This document shows, piece after piece, positions 28,897-38,015 of a stretch of 64,000 bases of DNA. Within the stretch, counting starts at the first letter, position 1. Each line of letters opens with the position of its first letter. Under the pieces are notes generated by a model. It did not search any database. It had not been told where the DNA came from and saw nothing but the letters and a program-made list of their open reading frames with translations. This DNA is from an uncultured Thermoplasmata archaeon (lineage in GTDB: Archaea; Thermoplasmatota; Thermoplasmata; UBA10834): NCBI GenBank assembly GCA_963719945.1, contig CAVRDX010000004.1, forward strand, positions 288,001 through 352,000. The letters run 5' to 3'. The position numbers and the translations under genes were made by a program.

Positions 28897-28988
28897 GGTT
28901 TTGTGCCCGAGTGCATCTTCCCCGTGATTGAATCTCTGAGTTAGACTACTGGTCTAGCGGCATGGCGATACCCACCGGGCCCGCCACC
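28897..28988 (+). repeat. Conserved ~90-bp cassette-end element with tRNA-Arg 3' core, copy 1
   Basis: 28925-28988 aligns ungapped to 30587-30650 at 51/64 positions, last 27 identical; similarity continues upstream (TTTGTG..CGARTGCATC..CCC). Confidence 0.9.
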
Positions 28989-29090
28989 ATCCATAGCCAG
29001 TAATCAAGTCTCGCTTCTCAATCAGGGTCTTTAGTGTGCCGGGGTTCCTACCATTTACCGAAGGTTCGTGGGCCAAGGATTCGGTTTGAA

Positions 29091-30467
29091 TCACCGGTCC
29101 TCATGAAGTCCCGTGACATCCATCCATTCCTGGTGTTCTCTCCTCTTCCTACGTCTATGCATTATTAGGCCCACGACCGCGACAGCAACGAATCCGACTA
29201 GAGCCGTCCGCAAGCCAGAATCGTACAGCGCGTACTCAAATCGATCTGGGTCGAGCTGGCTGGTCACATAGACAGTCACAGAAGTCTCGCCACTATCTGG
29301 AATGCGCACCTTTTGATAATAGACCACGTGTACATCCCGGCTCTCATCTGTCGCGATCGCGATGCTCTCCTCCCAAGACCATCCTTGACAATCGTCTAGT
29401 ATCTGCACCTTCCATGCTCCATCTGCGTTCGTACAGTATCTCACGGTGTGGTTGGCAGTCTCTCCATCATAGTCCTCGACAAAATACCCCATGTGGATAT
29501 CTCCGTCTGAGTCGACTGTGATCGCCACACCTGTACCATATCCTTTCTCATTTCCCCCATATGCCACATCTTCGCTTTCCCAATCGCCATCAGCATTGGT
29601 GAAGTAGCATAAGCTGTAATTGTCTCCCTTGCTTCTGTAAGCGCTGATGTACGCATTACCTGAGGCGTCATGACAGAGCGATTTCTCGCCAGGGTATCCG
29701 CCCAGATTTGGAATAACGGTGGCGTCAGTCAACTCGCCGTTCGATATGACACTGTAATTGAGTTGCCATGAGATGATAGTGTCCCATCCTAACAGGTCGT
29801 AGGTCGTATAGATCATGCCTATTGATCCGTCCGGGCGACTGTCGACATCATCGATTGAGAATACTCTGTACGGAATATATGACTCCTTTAGAATCGTGCT
29901 GTCCCAGCCTTGCGGAGTGCGTATCATATCGATGATGGATGAATTCATGTTCACGGTTGACTGCCCGGTATCTCTTGAGTAAATCAGGTGGACATTGTCC
30001 TGAGCATCGATTGCAACCTTGGCAGACGAAGGGTACCCCGTTATGTTGATCATCTCGCTTTCCCATTCACCGCCAGCGTTTGTGGCAAATAAGATGTGCT
30101 GACCATATAAGTTCATGACCGGTTTGTACAACGATGTGCACACGTATACTCTATCTTGGGAATCCAGTGCTATCGAAGCACCCTCATGGTCCCAGGATAG
30201 ATATGACAAGCAGGTGAGGTCCCATTCGCCTCCTACTCTCTGTCCGTAAAGGAGTGCATAATATGGACCGTATACTCCGATGTATGCGAGCTGAAGCTCT
30301 CCTTCAGAATCCCACGCCAACTGGTAGAACCCGTCTCCGGCAGATGTGTAACCGAGTTCTTGAGTTGGCCACCGAGAACTTGTCATGTACTCCCAGGCAA
30401 AGCTCGATGTGAAAACCAGGGCGGCTACGACAACTATGCCAACAGTTGCTTTCCTAGTTGTGTCCAT
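29091..30467 (-). CDS. Exported beta-propeller-like repeat protein with N- and C-terminal TM (cassette 2 cargo)
   Basis: Repeats F/YxTNAxGxWxxE and SIAxDSxxxVHxxY; ATG 30467 after GGAGTGG; C-terminal TM followed by HRRRKRR. Confidence 0.85.
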   Translation of the reverse strand: MDTTRKATVGIVVVAALVFTSSFAWEYMTSSRWPTQELGYTSAGDGFYQLAWDSEGELQLAYIGVYGPYYALLYGQRVGGEWDLTCLSYLSWDHEGASIALDSQDRVYVCTSLYKPVMNLYGQHILFATNAGGEWESEMINITGYPSSAKVAIDAQDNVHLIYSRDTGQSTVNMNSSIIDMIRTPQGWDSTILKESYIPYRVFSIDDVDSRPDGSIGMIYTTYDLLGWDTIISWQLNYSVISNGELTDATVIPNLGGYPGEKSLCHDASGNAYISAYRSKGDNYSLCYFTNADGDWESEDVAYGGNEKGYGTGVAITVDSDGDIHMGYFVEDYDGETANHTVRYCTNADGAWKVQILDDCQGWSWEESIAIATDESRDVHVVYYQKVRIPDSGETSVTVYVTSQLDPDRFEYALYDSGLRTALVGFVAVAVVGLIMHRRRKRREHQEWMDVTGLHEDR

Positions 30468-30559
30468 TTCCACTCCACCGTGCAAATCCCAAGATGCTTT
30501 TTCAGTATTAAGAATCCACGTGTGCTGCAGAGTCGATATGCACGAAGAGAACTGTAAGT

Positions 30560-30650
30560 GGTTTGTGTCGAATGCATCATACCCATTGATTGAACCTCCG
30601 TGTCTGACTACTGGCACGGAATGATGGCGATACCCACCGGGCCCGCCACC
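30560..30650 (+). repeat. Conserved ~90-bp cassette-end element with tRNA-Arg 3' core, copy 2
   Basis: TGATTGAAcCTCcGtGTctGACTACTGG-N9-ATGGCGATACCCACCGGGCCCGCCACC, see copy 1. Confidence 0.9.
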
Positions 30651-30768
30651 CTTTCATCATGGGTTGAGCTAGTGAATCTCTATGTGGGCGAACACAATCA
30701 AAGACAGCTATTAATTGCTCCACATGGTTCTGCAGTACGATGATTGGTCGTGATGCGGAGAACGATGT

Positions 30769-31770
30769 ATGATGTCTAGAAGAACTCATGCGGGTTGGCA
30801 AGTACGCCGAGCATCTTCTGACGATGCAGGGCCCATAGTGGCGCTAATCAACGCCCACGCGCGGCACTACTATGGCGAGGACCGTATTGGATTGGATGAA
30901 GTGAGGACGTGGTTCACCTCCCCGGGCGTAGGACAGGACGACACGCAATCTTGGTGGTGGGATGACGGCACGCTTGTGGCTTATGCACAGGTCTACCGAC
31001 CTGGATTTCCGGGTATGTGGGACGTACTACACGATGTTACGGTTCACCCAGATGAGGCTGGTAACGACGAGCTTTGGAACGATGCCTTTGCATGGTGTGA
31101 CCAGTATCAATGGAAGCTGCGACATCAGTCTAGCACATCACATACGAGCATGGTCTGCGGGGCTCGCATCCATGAGAACGACGTAGACAAGCGTAGACAA
31201 TACGAATCACGGGACTTCAAACATATTCGAAACGAGACTCTGATGCGGATTAGATTTCCAGAGGTCGTGTCGAAGGACGTGGCAAATCCAAGCGGGGTCA
31301 CGATACGCGAACTCGACCTGGAGACTGATATGGATGCCTATGCGATGGCTTATGGAGAGGCGTTTCGCGATCACTGGGGCCACGTCGACATTCCGCAAGA
31401 CGAGCAGGTGCGCAGAAAGAAGGCGGAGTTCAAGTCCTGGGGTCAGATGTACGTGCCAGGCCTGTGGTTCGTCGCTCTTGACGGTGACACAATCGTGGGG
31501 AGCGTCGGCAGCTTCCTGAACTTCGGCAATGTCCCAGGACGCTGCTATCTCTATCATGTATTCGTGCGTCGCGCCTGGCGTAACCGCAGGATAGCTACGA
31601 CGCTTCTCCGCACCACATTCCATGAGCTGCAGCAACGCGGTGGGAGGATCGTTGAGCTGCATGTCGATTCTGACAACATGACGTACGGCCTTGAGCTCTA
31701 TCGCGGTCTTGGTATGAAACCGGTTTGGCACCAACGTTTGTACGAGAAGGCGGTCCCGATATCCTGCTAA
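30769..31770 (+). CDS. Tandem GNAT N-acetyltransferase (MshD-like architecture)
   Basis: EAFRDHWG, VFVRRAWRNRRIATTLL, LHVDSDN..GLELYRGLGM. Confidence 0.85.
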   Translation: MMSRRTHAGWQVRRASSDDAGPIVALINAHARHYYGEDRIGLDEVRTWFTSPGVGQDDTQSWWWDDGTLVAYAQVYRPGFPGMWDVLHDVTVHPDEAGNDELWNDAFAWCDQYQWKLRHQSSTSHTSMVCGARIHENDVDKRRQYESRDFKHIRNETLMRIRFPEVVSKDVANPSGVTIRELDLETDMDAYAMAYGEAFRDHWGHVDIPQDEQVRRKKAEFKSWGQMYVPGLWFVALDGDTIVGSVGSFLNFGNVPGRCYLYHVFVRRAWRNRRIATTLLRTTFHELQQRGGRIVELHVDSDNMTYGLELYRGLGMKPVWHQRLYEKAVPISC

Positions 31771-31899
31771 CAGCCATCGTCTTCATGCTATTCTCATCGT
31801 AGCTCGCCCTGGTATGATAGAGCCTCCCTGAAATATCTCCGCTGATAACCGTTGCATCGATAATCCATATCTTTTCAGTCACTGCCAGTATCTGAATGA

Positions 31900-32658
31900 C
31901 TAGGCGAGTTCCTTCTCGCGGAACAGGTACGCGCCGAGGACAAGGAATATGATCGTCAGAACGATTATCACGAGGACTGAGTCGAAGAAGCCAGTGGCCT
32001 GTTCGTAATGGCTGATGCTTCCATAGTCGACCCATTCGAAGCCTATGCTTCTCAGATAATGTCTGATGGACGCTTTCTGTATCACGCCAGGGAGCGATCC
32101 TATGAATGCTTCCCATATGAATGCGTAGAAAAGGCCGAAGAACACCGGCTTCTTGAACAGAACGCCCATGGATAGGAACAGTGCAGAATACACAACCGAA
32201 CCAATGATGACAAGGCCTGTGAATGCAAGGTATATGCTCAGGCTATCTGAGTCGATCCCTTTCTGAGAGAAGAACGCAAGGAACCCTGCGGTGTTGATGA
32301 TGATCATGGATATTGCGACTGCTATCACCAATGGCACGTAATAGCCGGCATACGAGTATGCTCGGTCGAGAGGCGCAGTGGCCACGTGCGTGATGCTCTT
32401 GTCATCTATCTCGTCACGGATCAGTGACGAGCCGTAGATCATAGCCATCACAGGCATGAAGAACAGAAGTATGAGTGTGTCGAGGAGATTGACCCCCTCG
32501 TCCAGTGGCTCAACATCCTGTGTGCCCGCATATCCCATCACGGCTGCGACGAACACCGCGACCAGCGCGGAAATCACTGCTTTTCGGCTGAACAGCAGCT
32601 TCTTGATGGAGTACCGTGTTATCGCGATTATCCCGGTGAATGCTCTGTCAAGATCCAT
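31900..32658 (-). CDS. ABC-2 type exporter permease
   Basis: About six TMs, IRDEIDDKSI, ends FREKEL. Confidence 0.88.
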   Translation of the reverse strand: MDLDRAFTGIIAITRYSIKKLLFSRKAVISALVAVFVAAVMGYAGTQDVEPLDEGVNLLDTLILLFFMPVMAMIYGSSLIRDEIDDKSITHVATAPLDRAYSYAGYYVPLVIAVAISMIIINTAGFLAFFSQKGIDSDSLSIYLAFTGLVIIGSVVYSALFLSMGVLFKKPVFFGLFYAFIWEAFIGSLPGVIQKASIRHYLRSIGFEWVDYGSISHYEQATGFFDSVLVIIVLTIIFLVLGAYLFREKELA

Positions 32659-32660
32659 AT

Positions 32661-33611
32661 CTATCTCCCCACCAGGTATCTGAATATGGCTTCCAGGTTG
32701 TCGTCAAGACTGTACATTGTGCGGACAGCGCAGCCGGACTGTTGGACTAGTTCGGGAAGCCTGTTGAAGAAGTCGTCTGGTCTCAAGACCTGGACGGTTA
32801 TGCTGTTCCTGTCATCGCCGTACGCGACGGATACGGTGTAACCCTCGCCCAACAGTATCTTTGCCAGAGACTCTATTCCCTCGCCTTCCACGATAATGTT
32901 GTGTGGATGCTTGTCGATCAGGTCCCTTATCTCTGAAATGTCTCCCGTCGCGACTGCTCGACCTTTGTAGATCAATACCACATCATGGGTCATCCTCTCT
33001 ATCTCGAACAGGACATGAGAGCTGACTACTACACTGTGACCATGGTCCTTGTTGAGGCTCTTTATGAGATCGATCAACTCTTTCCTCACGAGGGGGTCGG
33101 TGCCGCTCAACGGTTCGTCCAGGATCAGCAGGTCTGGGTCGTGTATCAGGGCTCCAGCGATCTTCATCCTCTGCTTCATCCCTCTGCTGTAGCCGCCAGT
33201 CTTCCTATCCAACGCACGCCTCATCTCCACGAGGTCGGACACCTCTGCCGTTCTCTTCGAGAGCGCGTCGCCCTTCATGCCGTGAAGTCCGCCTATCAGT
33301 CGTAGGTACTCTCGTCCAGTGGCTTCTGTCGGGAGCGACTCGTAATCCGGGCAGAACCCGATGGACGAATGCAGGGGGGCGTTCCTCCATGGTCTCTCGC
33401 CCAGCACAGTTATGTTGCCTGCATTCGGTCTTATGAGCCCGAGTGCAAGCTTGAACAGAGTGCTCTTTCCTGAGCCGTTGGGTCCAACTATGCCAGTGAT
33501 TCCTGGTCGGATCCTGAGGTTGAAATTGTTCACCCCTATCACCTCGCCGTACCACTTGCTGAGCGCGGCCGTTTCGATGACGGTGTCAGATTCGGATGCG
33601 CGTCCGGTCAT
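32661..33611 (-). CDS. ABC exporter ATP-binding protein
   Basis: GPNGSGKST, YSRGMKQR, LILDEP, SSH. Confidence 0.95.
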   Translation of the reverse strand: MTGRASESDTVIETAALSKWYGEVIGVNNFNLRIRPGITGIVGPNGSGKSTLFKLALGLIRPNAGNITVLGERPWRNAPLHSSIGFCPDYESLPTEATGREYLRLIGGLHGMKGDALSKRTAEVSDLVEMRRALDRKTGGYSRGMKQRMKIAGALIHDPDLLILDEPLSGTDPLVRKELIDLIKSLNKDHGHSVVVSSHVLFEIERMTHDVVLIYKGRAVATGDISEIRDLIDKHPHNIIVEGEGIESLAKILLGEGYTVSVAYGDDRNSITVQVLRPDDFFNRLPELVQQSGCAVRTMYSLDDNLEAIFRYLVGR

Positions 33612-34429
33612 TTTCCGATCACCTGCCTCTGTATCTTCATCCACACGATCACTGAAGGCACTACGATGAACGCTGCGATGAATGCGGCAAGCCCCGCTCC
33701 TGGGATCTCCGTCGGCAGACCAAATCCGAATATCCAGTCGATGGCATATGAGAGTGATTCTACGGGGCTCACCACGCCCCATGCTGGGTCGAAATCTGAG
33801 AATATCCCCGAGACCAGGGTCAGGGCGAAGAACGACATGAATGTCCCGACGGCTGCGTAGCTCTTGCGTTTGGTGAACGAGGAGATCATGAGACCGTAAG
33901 GTACGAAGAACACGGTGACCAGGGTTCCCGCAACGACCGTTCGTCCGAGTATGCCCGCGCTGTGCCAGTAGTCATCCCCCGTCTGAGTGGCTATTGAGAC
34001 GATTCCTACCAGGACGGGCGGGATGGCGCACAGAACGCCCATGACTATCAGTGCCGCCCCAGTCTTGCCGATGAGATAATCCCTGACCTTGATCGCCCTG
34101 GAGAAATAGAGCACAAAGGAGCTGTTGGCAAAGTCCTCCGATATCAGGTCGGATGTGAGGACAGCTGCGAGCAGCATGGCGAATACTGTGAGGATCCCGT
34201 CTCCCATGTAACTGCTCATGACGTCTCCCTCTAGTCCTTCATGGGGTGAGAATACAGTCGTGAGGATCTGCATGACGTGGACTAGGAAGAAACCGAGGGC
34301 AAGGAGCACTATTACACCGACGGATCTGATCTTGTGGTTCAAGATGCTTCTTGCGATCACGTAGAACCTGGCGTTCTGAGCGGTCCTCTGTCCTTTCCAA
34401 GGGCGGTACTCGATCGGGTTAATTCCCAC
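33608..34429 (-). CDS. ABC-2 type exporter permease
   Basis: Multi-TM, LISEDF...LYFSRAI..DYLIGK; GTG start after GGAGGTGG. Confidence 0.88.
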   Translation of the reverse strand: MGINPIEYRPWKGQRTAQNARFYVIARSILNHKIRSVGVIVLLALGFFLVHVMQILTTVFSPHEGLEGDVMSSYMGDGILTVFAMLLAAVLTSDLISEDFANSSFVLYFSRAIKVRDYLIGKTGAALIVMGVLCAIPPVLVGIVSIATQTGDDYWHSAGILGRTVVAGTLVTVFFVPYGLMISSFTKRKSYAAVGTFMSFFALTLVSGIFSDFDPAWGVVSPVESLSYAIDWIFGFGLPTEIPGAGLAAFIAAFIVVPSVIVWMKIQRQVIGK

Positions 34430-35420
34430 CCGCACCACCTCCCTTGAAAGAGCTGAGGAACACATCCTCCAGACTCAGTCTATCCGGACGGAATCTTCTG
34501 ATCTGCACGTTGTTCTCGTGGGCGATCTTGAACACCCTCTTCCCATCCGAACACCCTCGCACGGTGAATGCGATCTGGTTCCACCCCTCCTCTTTTCTGT
34601 CCACGATTTCACAGATCTGCGCGAGCGCGTCGACGAATTTGGTCATGGCTTGTTCGTCTCCTCGCACGGTCAGTTTCTGGAGGTCTTCTTCACCGGCCAT
34701 GAGGGCTTCCATCTTCCCTTGTCGAACGAGCTTACCATTGCTGATTATGACCGCATATTCGCAGACTAATTCGACTTCTTGGAGGATGTGTGACGATACG
34801 ATGACCGTCTTTTCGGAGGCCCCTATCTTCTTGATCAGGTCGAGCATCTCCTCCCTTCCGTTCGGGTCCATGCCGCTAGTCGGCTCGTCGAGGAACAAGA
34901 GAGATGGGTCATGGATCACCGCCTGCGCCAGTTTGATCCTCTGCTTCATTCCGGTAGAGTATGATTTGATGAGCCTGTACCTCTCCTCACCGATGCCGAC
35001 GAAATCCAGCACCTCATGTGTCCGCTGTATGGCATCCTTTGAGGACATGCCGGAGATCTTGCCCATGTAGGAAACGAGCTCGACGGAACTCATGCTAGGG
35101 ATGAGACAATCGTGCTCCGGCATGTAGCCGATGTCGTCCCTTATCTGCAGATACTGTAGCTGTGAATCGAGACCGCTGACGGAGATTCTTCCCTTGTCGA
35201 GAGAAACGAGTCCCAAGGAAGCTTTGATGAACGTGCTCTTCCCAGCTCCGTTCGGTCCTAGCAGGCCGATTATACCTCTGGGAATGTCCACCGTGAAGTC
35301 ATCGAGAGCAACGACTGGACCAAACCGAACGGTCACCCCCAACGCCGAGAGATGGGGTGAACTGCTCCTATTCTTGTCCTCTGGTTGATGAGCCACTTCC
35401 CCTGGCATCAACAAGTGCAT
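34419..35420 (-). CDS. ABC exporter ATP-binding protein
   Basis: GPNGAGKST, YSTGMKQR, LFLDEPT, SSH; start uncertain. Confidence 0.95.
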   Translation of the reverse strand: MHLLMPGEVAHQPEDKNRSSSPHLSALGVTVRFGPVVALDDFTVDIPRGIIGLLGPNGAGKSTFIKASLGLVSLDKGRISVSGLDSQLQYLQIRDDIGYMPEHDCLIPSMSSVELVSYMGKISGMSSKDAIQRTHEVLDFVGIGEERYRLIKSYSTGMKQRIKLAQAVIHDPSLLFLDEPTSGMDPNGREEMLDLIKKIGASEKTVIVSSHILQEVELVCEYAVIISNGKLVRQGKMEALMAGEEDLQKLTVRGDEQAMTKFVDALAQICEIVDRKEEGWNQIAFTVRGCSDGKRVFKIAHENNVQIRRFRPDRLSLEDVFLSSFKGGGAGGN

Positions 35421-35465
35421 GGGCTCGGAGATATAAGCATTTAAGCAAGGATTGCGGAGGTCTAT

Positions 35466-36434
35466 TCAGGACAGTTCGATCGTTCCGATCACTCTGAGCT
35501 TCCCGCCTTCTAGATGTGCGACGATCCCCCTCGACCCCGGTTTGAATACGAGGTCCTTCTGCATCGTAAGTGTGAGTGTCAGGGATCTCCAATTTTCGCC
35601 TTCAGTTGATACATCGTCCACCCTAGCTGGCGAGAATTGCATCCAATGACCGATATGAACTACCATCCCGCTCTTGAGTTGCGAGGGCCAGTACTTCACT
35701 ACCTGGCACTTCCCTTTGAGCGATGATCTGCATACAAGGTCGTCGTCGGTCGTAAGCACCATACCCCTATCGAGGTCCCCTGCTGAGACACCCTTGAGCG
35801 CGAGACCGACACGGTCTCCCCTGACCGCCCAGTCATAATCGTCATCGTGCTTCTGTATCGACCTTACGATTGCCTGCTTGTCTGTTGGGAGGACCTTCAT
35901 CGAGTCATGTTTCTTCATGTGTCCGTCCGCGACTCGTCCGAGTACGACCGTTCCCACACCTTTGACGTCGAAGTAGTGGTCGATCGGGACGGAACCTTTA
36001 GATGCACCAGTTGGTTCGGACCCATCGAGTCCCTCCGCTTCCTTGAGCAAGAGTTCCCTTATCTTAACCGGATCATCTTCGATTATGTCGTATTGCTCCA
36101 GCGCAGTGCCCTTGATGAACGGTGCGAACTGTTCCTTCGTGATATAGTTGCGTGGGAGTATCCAACCCTTCTTGACCCCTGCGCAATCAAGCATGATGAC
36201 GCATTCGCCGAATGTATGGTCGATCTTGTCCACGACCAATACAGCGCAGTCCGCCATCGAAACGACATGGAACAAGGATGATAGACGGTCGGGGTACTTG
36301 GTCGGCTCCACGCAAGTGAGCGTGGTCTCCCCCTTCTTGACATCATAGAATGTCATATCTGACTCTGTCGATTTCTTGCCTATTCCCTTGGAGAATTCAG
36401 GGGAGCCAAGAATGGCCACTGTCAGGTTGCTCAT
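35466..36434 (-). CDS. Archaeal SelB-like (aSelBL) elongation-factor homolog with truncated G domain
   Basis: No GxxxxGKT; N-terminal IGKKSTESD; EF-Tu domain II motifs IDHYFDVKGVGTVVLG, VRSIQKHD, GDRVGLAL. Confidence 0.85.
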   Translation of the reverse strand: MSNLTVAILGSPEFSKGIGKKSTESDMTFYDVKKGETTLTCVEPTKYPDRLSSLFHVVSMADCAVLVVDKIDHTFGECVIMLDCAGVKKGWILPRNYITKEQFAPFIKGTALEQYDIIEDDPVKIRELLLKEAEGLDGSEPTGASKGSVPIDHYFDVKGVGTVVLGRVADGHMKKHDSMKVLPTDKQAIVRSIQKHDDDYDWAVRGDRVGLALKGVSAGDLDRGMVLTTDDDLVCRSSLKGKCQVVKYWPSQLKSGMVVHIGHWMQFSPARVDDVSTEGENWRSLTLTLTMQKDLVFKPGSRGIVAHLEGGKLRVIGTIELS

Positions 36435-36533
36435 CTAGTCCCGTGTAGGATGCCCTGATAATCAATTTTTCTAAGCAACATATATGCAATATATCCGAAC
36501 AAGCGATTTGGGTACTGGAGCGGTGGTGTAGAG

Positions 36534-37574
36534 ATGGATGAGAAAGGGTTTGCCAGATTCTGCAAGACCAGCAAGCGGTTGCGAAGGCATCTGGACGATA
36601 AGGGCATAGCGGACAACATTGCGGCGGTCAAGGAGTTCGACTCGTTCCTGAGGAAGAATCGCAAGCGAAGGGGCATGGGCACCGCCACTGAGGCAGACAT
36701 CGAGGCGTATTCCGAGCATCTCATCAAGTCCGGGAAGAACACCTGGGACACTTACATATCGTTGCTTAGATACGCCCGGTTCTTGGATGCCAGGAAAGTC
36801 GAATTGTCGATTCTCAATCTCTTGGATGGGGTGAATGTCCTCCCCGATCTCTCTAACACCCTCAAGAAGAGGGTGGGTGCCAGGAGACAGGCGGAAATCC
36901 TGGGTGGGTTGGAATTGCCCACGCTCGGAAGCCCGAATACGGGCTGGCCCGTGATAACGAAGCAATTCATGGAACGTCTGGAAGGGAATCTCACTCAGAA
37001 GCGTTGCAGGAGTCTTCTGCTGACGGGACCACATGCCGGTCCACCAGAGGATTATCAGTTCGAACGGGAGCTATTCTTGAAGTCGAAGGACCTCGACGAT
37101 TTCTTGAAAAAGAGACACAGACAATCGGTCAAGACTCTGGAGACTCACATGAAGGAGAAGACTCTCTTCTACACTCAAGAGATAGACAAGAATGTGCTGG
37201 AGTTCGTCAGAGGGAATCAGGAGATAATGGGCGGAGTGAGGGTAGGCGATGTCATCTATGAGACAAAGATTCCGTACATGACCCGTGAATACCTCGCAGA
37301 AAGCGACACAAAGATGAAGCGGTATTACGGTTGCCACTGTCCATGGGCGCGCGAATCGATACTATCGGGCGTCAATATCCCATCCGATTTCTGTTACTGC
37401 AGCGCAGGATATCACAAGCGTCCATGGGACGTGGTGTTTGGTCAGCCAGTCTGGGTTGATGTGGAACAATCGATCCTTGATGGCGACACAATATGCAGAT
37501 TCTCGATCCACATTCCAAAAGAGTATTCGAAACCTCCGGCGAAGAAGAAACAGCGCCGGAAGGCACGTCGATGA
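36534..37574 (+). CDS. Hypothetical protein with C-terminal Cys-rich DUF6144/V4R-like domain
   Basis: YYGCHCPWAR, FCYCSAG, SILDGDTICRFSI. Confidence 0.75.
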   Translation: MDEKGFARFCKTSKRLRRHLDDKGIADNIAAVKEFDSFLRKNRKRRGMGTATEADIEAYSEHLIKSGKNTWDTYISLLRYARFLDARKVELSILNLLDGVNVLPDLSNTLKKRVGARRQAEILGGLELPTLGSPNTGWPVITKQFMERLEGNLTQKRCRSLLLTGPHAGPPEDYQFERELFLKSKDLDDFLKKRHRQSVKTLETHMKEKTLFYTQEIDKNVLEFVRGNQEIMGGVRVGDVIYETKIPYMTREYLAESDTKMKRYYGCHCPWARESILSGVNIPSDFCYCSAGYHKRPWDVVFGQPVWVDVEQSILDGDTICRFSIHIPKEYSKPPAKKKQRRKARR

Positions 37575-37608
37575 GTATTATGGTGGACTCCCGATGATCA
37601 TACGGTGA

Positions 37609-37929
37609 TCATCGGTACTTTGAGTATCTATCCAGAAGATCGAGGATATCGTCTGTGGTGTGTTCTGGAAATGAACCGAGCTTCTCCTGATCAAGGACAT
37701 ACTCTCTGGCGGCTGCAATCGAAATACGGGATGCCTTCGCTATCACGGATGCGACTACGGTGGAAGCGACCGCCTCGTCGATTTTGTGGTCGGTCATGAT
37801 GTCTCTTATCGCGTATCTGAACGTTGAGACCCTGTTCAGGTTCAACATCGGTATCCTCTCACTATCCGGATTTACGCGTCTTCTCACATTCGTGTTCTTG
37901 CGTCCCTGGTACTTCCTGCGATATGCCAA
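37609..37929 (-). CDS. Conserved hypothetical protein with basic N-terminus
   Basis: 106 aa, TTG start after GGAGAGG, TATA-like TTTAAG upstream. Confidence 0.7.
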   Translation of the reverse strand: MAYRRKYQGRKNTNVRRRVNPDSERIPMLNLNRVSTFRYAIRDIMTDHKIDEAVASTVVASVIAKASRISIAAAREYVLDQEKLGSFPEHTTDDILDLLDRYSKYR

Positions 37930-38015
37930 TAATACCTCTCCGTATGAATATCCATACTTCTCCTTGATACTTAAATATTGACTGGTTTTGTCCGGTGATT
38001 TGGGGCGTCAGCCTC

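Larger units (their letters stand above)
28172..30650. mobile_element. Tandem pair of small non-autonomous cassettes integrated at the tRNA-Arg 3' end
   Basis: Three direct copies of CCCACCGGGCCCGCCA (28156-28171, 28971-28986, 30633-30648) delimit 815-bp and 1662-bp units with one gene each; no integrase inside. Confidence 0.75.

Noticed and set aside
28950-28968. TGGTCTAGCGG resembles the tRNA-Val D-arm, suggesting a tRNA pseudogene
   Set aside because: Present only in copy 1 within the variable window; no anticodon or T-arm can be built.
28897-30650. Repeats as a CRISPR array or as a split SSV-type integrase fragment
   Set aside because: Only two copies, 1.66 kb apart with whole genes between, and no cas genes. 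The frames examined in the element have stops and no integrase motifs.
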